From: Paucisalibacillus globulus | GTDB taxonomy: Bacteria; Bacillota; Bacilli; Bacillales; Amphibacillaceae | Direction of reading: 5' to 3' | Length of the DNA: 40,000 nucleotides | Assembly (NCBI RefSeq): GCF_900184735.1 | Contig: NZ_LT855384.1 | Coordinates: 31,547 to 71,546, forward strand | Shown: one piece after another, positions 1-8,878 of the stretch | Numbering within the stretch: position 1 is the stretch's first letter | Layout of the letters: every line of letters starts with the position of its first letter | Notes under the pieces: generated by a model | The model's input: the letters and a program-made list of their open reading frames with translations, nothing else | Databases searched by the model: none | Told to the model about the DNA's origin: nothing | Position numbers and translations under genes: made by a program

Positions 1-86
1 AGAAAAAAGGTCGTTTAGATCATTATATCAATCTCTGGGAAGAACAGTTTAAAGATGTCGAAACAGGAAGTGGGTGGTTTAGATGA
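1..86 (+). CDS. 3' end of an upstream phage ORF (partial)
   Basis: Frame 3 is open from the window edge to TGA at 84-86. ATGA overlap with the next gene start at 83. Confidence 0.4.
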   Translation, partial: KKGRLDHYINLWEEQFKDVETGSGWFR

Positions 87-742
87 AACGTATTAATGGG
101 GAATGGTTGTCCGAGGAAGAGTGTTTTCAGAAACACGGGAAACTAGTGTTTGTTGGTCTAAGAAAATTACTTCCTATTGCAAGGAAAATAGGAGTGGATC
201 CAGAGGATTTAATCAGTGAAGGAAAAATCGGTTTAATCCAAGCATATCGGAAATTTGATGATTCTCTAGGGTTTAAGTTTTCGACTTATGCTGCACGGGC
301 GGTTTACGGTAATGCAATGCGGTTCATTCAGGATAAATCTAAAACAATTAAATTCTCTAGAAAATATTGGGAAGTCGCAAACCGGATAAGAAGAGAGGAC
401 TTAATTGAGTTGCCTAAGATGGAAATTGCTGAGAGATTAGGTGTTTCAGAGAAATTAGTAGAGGGTGCACTGGCTAGCGTGACAAGTGTTCACTCTTTGA
501 ATAAGAACTCTTTTGAAGATAATGATGTTGCGACATTAGAAGAATTTATTGGGACTCAAGCTGATTTTACAGGCGTGATTGTTCATCAATTTATCTCCGG
601 TTTAAAGCCAAGAGAACGTGAGATTATTGAGCTTCGTTTATTAGGAAAAGGTCAAGTAGAGATAAGTCAAGAGGTCGGTGTTACGCAAACGCATGTAAGC
701 AGGATATTAAAAGGGATTGGAAAACAATACTTAGCAATGTAA
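83..742 (+). CDS. Phage-encoded sigma-70 family sigma factor, group 3, SigF/SigG-like
   Basis: Region 2 motif GKIGLIQAYRKFD...FKFSTYAARAVYGNAMRFIQD followed by KFSRKYWEVANRI (compare SigF VKVSRSL). Region 4 HTH EISQEVGVTQTHVSRILKG. Confidence 0.9.
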   Translation: MKRINGEWLSEEECFQKHGKLVFVGLRKLLPIARKIGVDPEDLISEGKIGLIQAYRKFDDSLGFKFSTYAARAVYGNAMRFIQDKSKTIKFSRKYWEVANRIRREDLIELPKMEIAERLGVSEKLVEGALASVTSVHSLNKNSFEDNDVATLEEFIGTQADFTGVIVHQFISGLKPREREIIELRLLGKGQVEISQEVGVTQTHVSRILKGIGKQYLAM

Positions 743-755
743 GGGAGGCTAAACA

Positions 756-857
756 GTGGAAGTTATATACGCAAATCCGTGGTGGACAACGCTTTGGATA
801 ATCATCATTTTTGGTTGTATTGCATCCATATTTTCAGGCGGTAATAAGGAAGAGTAG
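756..857 (+). CDS. Small hydrophobic ORF (33 aa, one TM helix)
   Basis: GTG start 6 nt after SD gggagg. VEVIYANPWWTTLWIIIIFGCIASIFSGGNKEE. Too short for the ORF track. Confidence 0.3.
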   Translation: MEVIYANPWWTTLWIIIIFGCIASIFSGGNKEE

Positions 858-893
858 AGACAAAATGTGAGGTAAATAAAATTCGAAAGGTTG

Positions 894-1289
894 ATGTTTA
901 TGAAGAAAAAATTAGTGTTGATTATTGTGAGTTTCATGGCTGTTATTTTAGTGGCTTGTACAGAAGCAGATACCGTAAACCACAACATAGATAAGGCGGC
1001 TGACTCCTTTGAAGTTCAAAGACGTATCGTATTTGTAAACGGGATTACCGATAAATATTTGCTAACTATCGAGGGGTTATGTTCCTTAGATACTACGGAT
1101 GAGAAGAAACTACGCGTGACTTGTAAAGTTGATGACGAACAATATAAAAGGCATTACTTAGGGTTAAGCGATAACGTTAGTTATTTTGTTGAACAAACAG
1201 ATGCAGCCTATGCAGATCCTTTTCATTACAAAGTTCTATTTCGACCTGAATCTATTATTCCAGATATAGATCTTCAGACAAGCAAATAA
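894..1289 (+). CDS. Putative lipoprotein
   Basis: Signal peptide with lipobox MKKKLVLIIVSFMAVILVA-C. The start could be 891, 894 or 900. Confidence 0.75.
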   Translation: MFMKKKLVLIIVSFMAVILVACTEADTVNHNIDKAADSFEVQRRIVFVNGITDKYLLTIEGLCSLDTTDEKKLRVTCKVDDEQYKRHYLGLSDNVSYFVEQTDAAYADPFHYKVLFRPESIIPDIDLQTSK

Positions 1290-1325
1290 TTTCAACAGTG
1301 AAAAATTAATAAGGAGGATAAAAAA

Positions 1326-1568
1326 ATGAAAAACACATTAGGGGATTTAAACAACCATTTATTTGCTCAGCTAGAACGATTAAATGATGAGGATATAAAA
1401 GGCGAAGATCTGAAGGAAGAAATTGAACGTTCGAAAGCAGTCACGGGAATTGCAAAGAACATTATTGATACCGGAAAATTGGTTCTTGATGGGCAGAAGT
1501 TCATGGATAGTGACAATCGTATGAATGCAGACGCAAAGCTTCCTAAGATGCTCGAGGGTGGGAAATAG
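1326..1568 (+). CDS. Hypothetical phage protein (80 aa, acidic)
   Basis: SD aaggagga upstream of ATG. Stop overlaps the GTG start of the next gene by 1 nt. Confidence 0.6.
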   Translation: MKNTLGDLNNHLFAQLERLNDEDIKGEDLKEEIERSKAVTGIAKNIIDTGKLVLDGQKFMDSDNRMNADAKLPKMLEGGK

Positions 1569-2512
1569 TGTCTCAGAGATACAAATACTCAGATGAAGAA
1601 ATTGAGTATGTTCGTAAAATTGCCCCTGGTAAATACAACGACGAAATTGCAGCTTTATTCAATGAAAAATTCGGTACTCAAGTAACAGAAAGCCAAATGA
1701 AAAGTTTAAAGTCGAATCACAAAATTAAAAGTAATGTTCCTAAGTATAAGCCGGATGAAAATTCGGGACTGTTTACTAAAGAACAAAAGGACTTTATTAA
1801 AGCAAACGTAAAGGGTCTGCATAATTACGAACTTGCGGAACTGGTAAATAATATGTTTGGTCTGTCTATTACTGCGCAGCAAATGAACACTTACAAATCG
1901 AACCATAACCTATCCAGCGGTTTAGATGGGCGATTCGAAAAAGGAAGTTCCCCTTGGAACAAAGGGAAGAAGGGACTGCAGATAGGTGGTAAGGAAACGC
2001 AATTCAAAAAAGGGCAACAACCTAAAAACTATAGACCTGTTGGCAGTGAACGTATTGACAGTAAAGACGGCTACATCCTAATAAAAGTTCAAGACCATGG
2101 AACCTATCAAGAAAGATGGCGACATAAGCATGTTGTCGTATGGGAAAAGCATCACGGAAAGAAAGTACCAAAAAACCACGTGATCATGTTTGCAGATAGC
2201 AATAAGCAAAACCTAGATTTGGGCAATCTGATTTTAATTTCTCGAAGCGAACTTGCCCGGATGAATCAGCAGGGATTATTTTCAATGGATCCTGAAGTTA
2301 CGAAAGCAGGTCTTAATTTAGTAAGACTAGGTAATAAAATTATGGACTACGAGTATTTTAGGACGAATCCAGAAGAATTTGAAAGGTACTTAAGGATTGC
2401 TAAAACTAATGGTCTAACGGAACAAGGTTTTATGGCGAGATTAAAACGGGGTTGGAGCTTGGAAGAGGCCTTGTATAAACCGAAGCACTATCGAATGAAA
2501 AGAAGTGAATAA
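1568..2512 (+). CDS. HNH homing-type endonuclease with two tandem N-terminal HTH-like repeats
   Basis: HNH core HKHVVVWEKHHGKKVPKNHVIMFADSNKQNLDLGNLILI. Residues ~7-55 and ~68-117 are repeats (x(E/Q)Q(M)KSxKSNH(K/N)). Confidence 0.85.
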   Translation: MSQRYKYSDEEIEYVRKIAPGKYNDEIAALFNEKFGTQVTESQMKSLKSNHKIKSNVPKYKPDENSGLFTKEQKDFIKANVKGLHNYELAELVNNMFGLSITAQQMNTYKSNHNLSSGLDGRFEKGSSPWNKGKKGLQIGGKETQFKKGQQPKNYRPVGSERIDSKDGYILIKVQDHGTYQERWRHKHVVVWEKHHGKKVPKNHVIMFADSNKQNLDLGNLILISRSELARMNQQGLFSMDPEVTKAGLNLVRLGNKIMDYEYFRTNPEEFERYLRIAKTNGLTEQGFMARLKRGWSLEEALYKPKHYRMKRSE

Positions 2513-2523
2513 GGAGTGTTTAA

Positions 2524-2688
2524 ATGCTTATTTCAAAGAGAAAGTTACAGGATGCTGAAAGATTTGCAGTTAAACTGAACAGTTCAGTAAATAATGTGGT
2601 TTCAAAGGAAGCCGTGCAACAGCATATCAATTATTTAATCAACCATGTCAAAGTACTTGAAGTGATGAGACGAGATAAGAGTAGATAG
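2524..2688 (+). CDS. Small hypothetical ORF (54 aa)
   Basis: ATG 8 nt after SD aaggag. It fills the gap between the HNH and MazG genes. Below the ORF-track size cutoff. Confidence 0.35.
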   Translation: MLISKRKLQDAERFAVKLNSSVNNVVSKEAVQQHINYLINHVKVLEVMRRDKSR

Positions 2689-2699
2689 GAGGGTTTACT

Positions 2700-3026
2700 T
2701 TGGAATTAAACGATTATCAGGAGCTGTCAGCAAGAACCGCAACAAGACATGATTTGGAACTATTGAATTTCGGTTTGGGGATTTCTGGTGAAGCAGGAGA
2801 AGTTGCAGATTTAATTAAGAAATTTTATTTCCATGGACACGATATAGAAATGGATAAGATTAAAAAAGAATTGGGAGATGTACTTTGGTATTTATCCCAG
2901 ATTGCTAGATTGGCAGGATTAACTCTTGAAGAAGTCGCTCAGGGAAACATTGACAAACTTAAAAGGCGATATCCAGAAGGGTTCTCTGTGGAAGCTAGCA
3001 TAAAGCGAGTTGATGAAGATGCTTGA
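2700..3026 (+). CDS. MazG-like nucleotide pyrophosphohydrolase
   Basis: GLGISGEAGEVADLIKK ... KKELGDVLWYLSQIA ... NIDKLKRRY, typical of small all-alpha MazG proteins. TTG start after SD ggaggg. Confidence 0.85.
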   Translation: MELNDYQELSARTATRHDLELLNFGLGISGEAGEVADLIKKFYFHGHDIEMDKIKKELGDVLWYLSQIARLAGLTLEEVAQGNIDKLKRRYPEGFSVEASIKRVDEDA

Positions 3027-3417
3027 GATTGTACAAGGTTCTTTAGACCACTCTAAAGAAGTTATGAAAAAGACTTTATCCATTACTAAACAGAATTTGT
3101 CCAATCTTAAGAAGGTCGTTAAGCCCAAGGATCGGACTAAAATGCATAAACAACAAATTAAGGAAATGGAAGCATTGGTGCACTTCTTCAGGGTATCACG
3201 AATGCAGCCTGTCTACATTGATAGTATATGCATCAATTATATGTTATATGTCCAACTTATGAAAAAACTTAAAAACTATCAAGTTGAAGAATTCATAGCG
3301 GATAACAAGCTAGTTATCTCTTACTCTAATAAATCTACAAAAGGCAGATTTGAACTTTATGACATCTCAGATAAGTTACAAGGATTAAACTTCTTTCCGA
3401 AGGCTGTCATACGATGA
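3013..3417 (+). CDS. Hypothetical phage protein
   Basis: Open frame overlapping the MazG stop. Start is ambiguous (3010/3013/3019). No motif recognised. Confidence 0.5.
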   Translation: MKMLEIVQGSLDHSKEVMKKTLSITKQNLSNLKKVVKPKDRTKMHKQQIKEMEALVHFFRVSRMQPVYIDSICINYMLYVQLMKKLKNYQVEEFIADNKLVISYSNKSTKGRFELYDISDKLQGLNFFPKAVIR

Positions 3418-3539
3418 GAAAGCCTAAATGGACACTGTTGTTTCGTGTTGAAGGTGAACACCAGGTGTACCTCTATGAACCTCTTAGAAAGTACGAGTTA
3501 AATGCTAGAAAGCGGCAAGGTTGGAAGGTTATTGCATAG
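3414..3539 (+). CDS. Small hypothetical ORF (41 aa)
   Basis: ATGA overlap with the preceding stop. MRKPKWTLLFRVEGEHQVYLYEPLRKYELNARKRQGWKVIA. It fills an otherwise empty gap. Confidence 0.3.
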   Translation: MRKPKWTLLFRVEGEHQVYLYEPLRKYELNARKRQGWKVIA

Positions 3540-3554
3540 AAAGTAGGTGAGTGT

Positions 3555-4484
3555 ATGTCAAATAAAGCTTTAATGGAGCTAGGGGCTCTTCCAGGAATGA
3601 TGGCTGTTAAAATGCAAGTGGAACAAATTATACAGCTGAAGAAAATTGCTAAGTTACGGGCGCAACAAGGGCTTAAGAATCAGAATCAATCTAACCATTT
3701 AATTTTTACAGGAAGCCCCGGTACCGGTAAAACAACTGCAGCTAGATTAATAGGTGAAGCATTCTCATCCTTAGGCATTTTAAAATCAGAGGACTATAAT
3801 AATCCTTTTATCGAAATCCACCATGCAGACATTACATCTTCATTGGTGGGTGAAGCAGAGAGAAATATAAAGGATAAGTTTGAAGAAGCAAGAGGCGGGG
3901 TTTTATTCATTGATGAGGCTTACGCATTTATAGGCGGTGAAAAGTCTCATAAATCCGGAGAAAAGGTAATTGCCACTATTGTGCAGCTTATGGAAGATTT
4001 ACGAGAAGAAGTGATGGTTATTATTGCAGGGTACGCAAATGAGATTGATGAATTTTTAGACTCGAATCCTGGACTTCGTTCACGCTTTTCGAATACGGTG
4101 CATTTTCCGGATTACTCAGTACCGGACATGCTTCAGATTGCACAGAAAATGTTAACAGATCAAGATTACCAAGCAGACAATGAATACTTAGGAGCCTTGG
4201 CTAATCGGTTATGGTTTGAAAAAGATAAAAAGGGTTTCGGGAATGCGCGTACGGTTCGTAACATATTGGAAGAATCGATTCGGATGCATTCCGTGCGAAT
4301 TGCACAGATGGAGTATCCAAGTCGGGAGGATTTAATGCTTCTTACAAAAGTTGATCTAGAATCAAACAGGCATCACATGTTATCAGAAAAAGAAATCTTA
4401 CAAAAGGCCATGAAGCAGATGCAAACTAGATTACTAGAGTTTGAGCTTCAGGATATTATTTCACGAAAAAGTACAGTTGAGTAG
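3555..4484 (+). CDS. AAA+ ATPase, SpoVK/CbbX family
   Basis: Walker A GSPGTGKTT, Walker B LFIDEAY, IIAGY...FLDSNPGLRSRF...FPDYS. Collinear by eye with B. subtilis SpoVK. Confidence 0.9.
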   Translation: MSNKALMELGALPGMMAVKMQVEQIIQLKKIAKLRAQQGLKNQNQSNHLIFTGSPGTGKTTAARLIGEAFSSLGILKSEDYNNPFIEIHHADITSSLVGEAERNIKDKFEEARGGVLFIDEAYAFIGGEKSHKSGEKVIATIVQLMEDLREEVMVIIAGYANEIDEFLDSNPGLRSRFSNTVHFPDYSVPDMLQIAQKMLTDQDYQADNEYLGALANRLWFEKDKKGFGNARTVRNILEESIRMHSVRIAQMEYPSREDLMLLTKVDLESNRHHMLSEKEILQKAMKQMQTRLLEFELQDIISRKSTVE

Positions 4485-4492
4485 GTGAGAAC

Positions 4493-6916
4493 ATGGCATT
4501 ACAATATGACAGACAAATAACAATATCCGCTGGGAATAGTCGTAAGGCTACCCAGTGGCCTGCTCAGGTCTTATATTGGTCCGACATGGTAGAAAAGCTG
4601 AAGACTGCAGTAAGAGGTAAGGAAACACTGGAAGAGTATCTGAAGCTACCAAAACGTGACCAAGATGAATTAAAAGACGTTGGTGGATTTGTTGGTGGGG
4701 AGCTTATCAATAACCGCCGGAAAGCTTCCAACGTAAAGAATAGGGATATTATCACACTTGATTTAGACAATATACCTGCAGGTGGAACAGAGGATATCCT
4801 TAGACGTTTAGAAGGCTTAGGGTGTGCCTATGCAACGTACAGTACGCGTAAGCATGAGCCTAATAAACCACGTTTAAGAGTCCTGGTTCCCTTAAGCAGA
4901 ACAGCTACTGCAGATGAATATGAACCGTTAGCGCGGAAACTAGCTTCTATTATCGGGATGAGTTTTGCAGATCCTACGACTTTTGAAGCTTCAAGACTTA
5001 TGTATTGGCCAAGTTGTTCATCCAACAGTCAATATGTATTCCATTACGGCGATAAGCCTTTTCTTGATACAGACGCGCTCCTTGCTACCTATGGGGACTG
5101 GCGCAACATCCTGGAGTGGCCTCAAGTACCTGGTGCAGGTGAGTCTCATGTAAGACTTGCAGCAAAGCAAGGTAACCCTTTGGAAAAAAGAGGGGTTATA
5201 GGAGCGTTCTGTAGACAATATGATATTCATTCTGCTATTGAAACGTTCTTACCTGGCGTATATTTGCCTACAGATGATGGAAGTGGTAGATATACCTTTG
5301 TGGATGGCTCAACAGTTGGTGGTGCTGTTATCTATGAGGATGGGTTATTTCTTTATTCCCACCATGCTACGGATCCTTGCAGCGGGAAACTAGTCAATGC
5401 GTTTGACCTGGTAAGGCTGCATAAGTATGGAGACTTGGACGATGATGCAAAGCCGGAAACTCCGGTGAATAAATTACCTTCTTTCGTACAAATGGCTTCT
5501 TTTGCATTAAATGATGTTGGCGTTGCGAACATCTTAAATCAAGAGCGCTATGAACAAGCAATAGAGGATTTTGGGGCTCCCAACGATACTCCAGCAACGA
5601 AAGAGGACTACAACTGGATCCAACAGTTAAAAGTTAGCCCTTCTACTGGACAACCTCAGAAGACCATTGAAAATGCTGCCATTGCGCTAGACGGGGATCC
5701 TAATTTAAAGGGCAAGATTAAAATGGATGCCTTTGCCGATACGATTATAGGTGTAGCTCCTTTTCCATGGGCTCCAAGGGAAAAAGAAGAAGGAGAATTC
5801 CGTTGGACTGATACGGATGATTCCGGGCTCCGGAGTTACTTAGAGAAGATACTTGGCTTTCGTGTACGTGACATTATAAATGATGCGTTGGTACTTGTTG
5901 CTGCAAAGAATCGTTTCAACCCCGTTGCAGACTATTTGAATAGTTTACAGTGGGATGGGGTGAAGCGGTTGGATACTTTATTTATCGAGTATTTAGGGGC
6001 TGCAGATACGCCTTATACTCGAGCTGTAACTCGTAAGTCTTTTGTTGCTGCCGTATCCCGTGCCATGCATCCCGGTATTAAATATGACACCATGCCCGTT
6101 TTAACTGGTTCTCAAGGACTTGGGAAAACAACTCTTATTCAAAAGATGGGAAAAGCGTGGTTTACCAATAGTATTGAGTCGTTTGAAGGGAAAGAAGCAG
6201 CGGAATTGTTGCAAGGTGTTTGGATCGTAGAAATAGGGGAAATGAGTGCTTATAGTAAGTCGGATGTAAACACGATTAAAGGGTTCTTAAGTCGTACAGA
6301 GGACCAGTATAGAGCTGCTTATGCACGTAAAACAGAGAAACACCCTAGACGTTGTGTATTCTTTGGTACCAGTAACCGAAATGACTATTTAAAGGATCCT
6401 ACGGGAGGTAGACGTTTTCTTCCAATTGATGTAGGTATCCAGCAACCGGTTAAAAGTGTTTTCGAACATTTAGATATGGAAGTGGAACAATTGTGGGCGG
6501 AGGCCGTGATGTATTGGCGACTAGGCGAGTCCCTATTTCTAACTGGAGAGCTTGCAGAAGAGGCGAAAAGGCAACAGGAAGGACATTCTGAACAAGATCC
6601 TTGGGAAAGTGTTATACGTGAATTTGTAGAACGTAAGGTGCCTGTAGATTGGAGTAAAAAGGATATTTCTACTAGGAAACTCTATTGGACAAGTGACTTT
6701 GGAACACCTGATACAGAGCTTGTAGAAAGAGACCGGATATGTGCTGCAGAAATCTGGGTGGAGTGTTTCAATGAAAAAGTTAACCGGATGAAGCGGTCGG
6801 AAACGATGAGAATTAATGACGTGTTAAACAACATAGAAGGTTGGGAAAAGAAACCGAGTCCTTTTCGATTTGGTCCTTATGGGTTGGTGAAAGGTGGATA
6901 TTTAAGGGTAAACTAG
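4493..6916 (+). CDS. Replicative primase-helicase: N-terminal AEP primase-polymerase fused to a VirE/D5-type SF3 helicase
   Basis: AEP-like ITLDLDN (DxD) and LYSHH (sxH) motifs in the N-terminal half. P-loop GSQGLGKTT and WIVEIGEM in the C-terminal half. Confidence 0.85.
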   Translation: MALQYDRQITISAGNSRKATQWPAQVLYWSDMVEKLKTAVRGKETLEEYLKLPKRDQDELKDVGGFVGGELINNRRKASNVKNRDIITLDLDNIPAGGTEDILRRLEGLGCAYATYSTRKHEPNKPRLRVLVPLSRTATADEYEPLARKLASIIGMSFADPTTFEASRLMYWPSCSSNSQYVFHYGDKPFLDTDALLATYGDWRNILEWPQVPGAGESHVRLAAKQGNPLEKRGVIGAFCRQYDIHSAIETFLPGVYLPTDDGSGRYTFVDGSTVGGAVIYEDGLFLYSHHATDPCSGKLVNAFDLVRLHKYGDLDDDAKPETPVNKLPSFVQMASFALNDVGVANILNQERYEQAIEDFGAPNDTPATKEDYNWIQQLKVSPSTGQPQKTIENAAIALDGDPNLKGKIKMDAFADTIIGVAPFPWAPREKEEGEFRWTDTDDSGLRSYLEKILGFRVRDIINDALVLVAAKNRFNPVADYLNSLQWDGVKRLDTLFIEYLGAADTPYTRAVTRKSFVAAVSRAMHPGIKYDTMPVLTGSQGLGKTTLIQKMGKAWFTNSIESFEGKEAAELLQGVWIVEIGEMSAYSKSDVNTIKGFLSRTEDQYRAAYARKTEKHPRRCVFFGTSNRNDYLKDPTGGRRFLPIDVGIQQPVKSVFEHLDMEVEQLWAEAVMYWRLGESLFLTGELAEEAKRQQEGHSEQDPWESVIREFVERKVPVDWSKKDISTRKLYWTSDFGTPDTELVERDRICAAEIWVECFNEKVNRMKRSETMRINDVLNNIEGWEKKPSPFRFGPYGLVKGGYLRVN

Positions 6917-6925
6917 AACGAATGT

Positions 6926-7200
6926 TTGTATACTTTGACTGTATACTTTCTACCTGTTTTGTATACGTTGAAAATTTTGGAAATGTATACCTTGTATACT
7001 TTAAAAAATAACAAAGTATACGGGAAAGTATACAGGCAAAACCTTTAATATATCTATATTTATTACTATTTGTATACTTTGTATACCTTAAATATATAAA
7101 AATAAATAAATAGGTAATATAGGTATTTTAGGCTTATATACGTTATACCTAAATAGCCTAATTTTATACCTATACGTGTACGTGAGAGAAAAAGTATACA
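6926..7200. repeat. Iteron array: 10 perfect GTATAC cores plus degenerate copies in an AT-rich spacer; putative phage origin of replication
   Basis: GTATAC starts at 6928, 6941, 6961, 6985, 6994, 7016, 7028, 7072, 7081 and 7194. Extended consensus is (T)TGTATAC(T/C)TT. Degenerate TTATACC/ATATACG copies lie at 7136-7182. The array is directly downstream of the primase-helicase gene. Confidence 0.6.
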
Positions 7201-7222
7201 CCTTGAAAGCGAGGTTTGCGTT

Positions 7223-7510
7223 TTGAGAGAGAAAGAAATAGAGGAGTATCTCCGTAAAGAAGTTAAAAAAGCCGGAGGCAAAGCATATAAATTTGAGTCA
7301 CCAGGAAACGATGGTGTACCGGATCGCATAGTTGTGTTTCCAGGAAACAGAATTTATTTCATCGAGTTGAAAGCACCAGGTAAAAAACCTAGACCGTTAC
7401 AGGTAAAACAGATGCGAGATTTACGAAATTTTGGATGTAAAGCAGATGTGATTGATAGCAAGGAAAAGGTTGATAACTTTATAGAGTTGGTGAAACAGCG
7501 TGAAATTTAA
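7223..7510 (+). CDS. VRR-NUC domain nuclease
   Basis: GVPDRIVVF...IYFIELKAPGKKPRPLQ (D...ExK core). Typical pairing with the downstream SNF2 helicase. Confidence 0.8.
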   Translation: MREKEIEEYLRKEVKKAGGKAYKFESPGNDGVPDRIVVFPGNRIYFIELKAPGKKPRPLQVKQMRDLRNFGCKADVIDSKEKVDNFIELVKQREI

Positions 7511-8876
7511 ACCGCATAGCTACCAACGATACAACATCAATCGAATACTAGGAAGCCCTAATATCGGTCTTTGGTTGGATATGGGACTTGGGAAAACTGT
7601 TATCACGTTAACAGCCATCAACGATTTAAAATACAACCGGTTCGCGGTGAATAAAGTCTTGGTTATCGCACCGAAAAAAGTAGCACAGGGCACCTGGACA
7701 AACGAAGCTAAGAAGTGGGACCACTTAAAGTTATTACGATTTTCCATTGTGTTAGGATCCCAGGCCAAGAGAATTAAGGCCTTAAACACACCTGCAGATG
7801 TGTACATTATCAACCGGGATAACGTGGTATGGCTAGTAGACTATTACAGGAATAGTTGGCCCTTTGACATGGTTGTCCTGGACGAGTCTAGTAGCTTCAA
7901 GAATCACAACTCGAAGCGGTTTAAAGCATTGAAACAGATTAAGCCACACATCAAACGACAGGTACAGCTAACCGGCACCCCTTCCCCGAATGGCTTACTG
8001 GATATCTGGTCCCAGATTTATTTATTAGACGGTGGCCAGCGATTAGGTAAGACCATCGGAGGATTCCGGGAACGATATTTTGAACCGGATCAACGTAATC
8101 GGGACAGAGTTTTCACCTATGCACCGAAAGACGGGGCAGACAACCGAATACACCAACTTATCGGGGATATAGTGGTGAGTATGAAGGCAGAGGATTACAT
8201 CGAGCTTCCACCGGTTACATACAACACGGTACCGGTAGTCCTGGACGATAAGGCGAAAAAAGCATATGAGAAGTTGGAGAAGGAAATGCTTCTTGAAGTA
8301 GACGAAGCGGAAATAACGGCAGCATCAGCTGCAGTACTTGGAAATAAGCTTTTACAGCTTTGTAACGGGGCCGTCTATGACGAGGATAGAAATGCAATCG
8401 AGATTCATAACAACAAGATGGAATCCTTCTTGGAGCTAATCGAAGCATTAAACGGATCCCCGGCATTAGTCTTTTATAACTTCCAACATGATAAGAGTCG
8501 GATTCAACAAGCCCTGGCCAAAACGAATTTACGAGTACGAGAGTTGAAGACGGCTGAGGATGAAGCGGATTGGAACAACAAAGAGATAGATGTACTTCTT
8601 GCACATCCAGCTTCAGCCGGCTACGGATTGAATTTACAAGAGGGTGGAAACCATGTTATCTGGTTTGGTCTGAACTGGAATCTAGAACTCTACCAACAGG
8701 CTAATGCGAGATTAGCAAGACAGGGGCAAAAGGAAAAAGTATTCATCCACCGGTTAACCGTTTTAGGAGGGATGGATGAAAACGTAGAGGCAGCACTTGA
8801 AAATAAAGCTGCAACACAGGAAAGTCTTTTATCAGCATTGAAGGCAAGAATCGAAAAGGTAAAAGAGGGGGCTTAG
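7500..8876 (+). CDS. SNF2/DEAD-like family helicase
   Basis: Motif I LDMGLGKT, motif II VLDESSSFKN, motif III LTGTPSPN, C-terminal AGYGLNLQ and QANARLARQGQ. Confidence 0.9.
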   Translation: MKFKPHSYQRYNINRILGSPNIGLWLDMGLGKTVITLTAINDLKYNRFAVNKVLVIAPKKVAQGTWTNEAKKWDHLKLLRFSIVLGSQAKRIKALNTPADVYIINRDNVVWLVDYYRNSWPFDMVVLDESSSFKNHNSKRFKALKQIKPHIKRQVQLTGTPSPNGLLDIWSQIYLLDGGQRLGKTIGGFRERYFEPDQRNRDRVFTYAPKDGADNRIHQLIGDIVVSMKAEDYIELPPVTYNTVPVVLDDKAKKAYEKLEKEMLLEVDEAEITAASAAVLGNKLLQLCNGAVYDEDRNAIEIHNNKMESFLELIEALNGSPALVFYNFQHDKSRIQQALAKTNLRVRELKTAEDEADWNNKEIDVLLAHPASAGYGLNLQEGGNHVIWFGLNWNLELYQQANARLARQGQKEKVFIHRLTVLGGMDENVEAALENKAATQESLLSALKARIEKVKEGA

Positions 8877-8878
8877 CA

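Noticed and set aside
749-988. 79-aa minus-strand ORF between the sigma factor and lipoprotein genes
   Set aside because: It overlaps the lipoprotein signal-peptide coding region and the small + strand TM ORF. It has no SD and a hydrophobic mirror-frame composition.
1425-1432. GAACGTTC palindrome that caught my eye as a possible LexA half-site pair
   Set aside because: It has no 4-nt spacer, so it does not fit GAAC-N4-GTTC. It also lies inside a coding region.
7066-7329. 87-aa minus-strand ORF across the AT-rich spacer
   Set aside because: It is made of the GTATAC iteron/AT-rich region (..YLYYLFIYFYIFKVYKVYK) and overlaps the VRR-NUC start. It has no SD, so it is a repeat-driven artefact.
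8215-8604. 129-aa minus-strand ORF inside the SNF2 helicase gene
   Set aside because: It is antisense to a gene with clear helicase motifs. The product has an odd P/R/C/H-rich composition and no SD.
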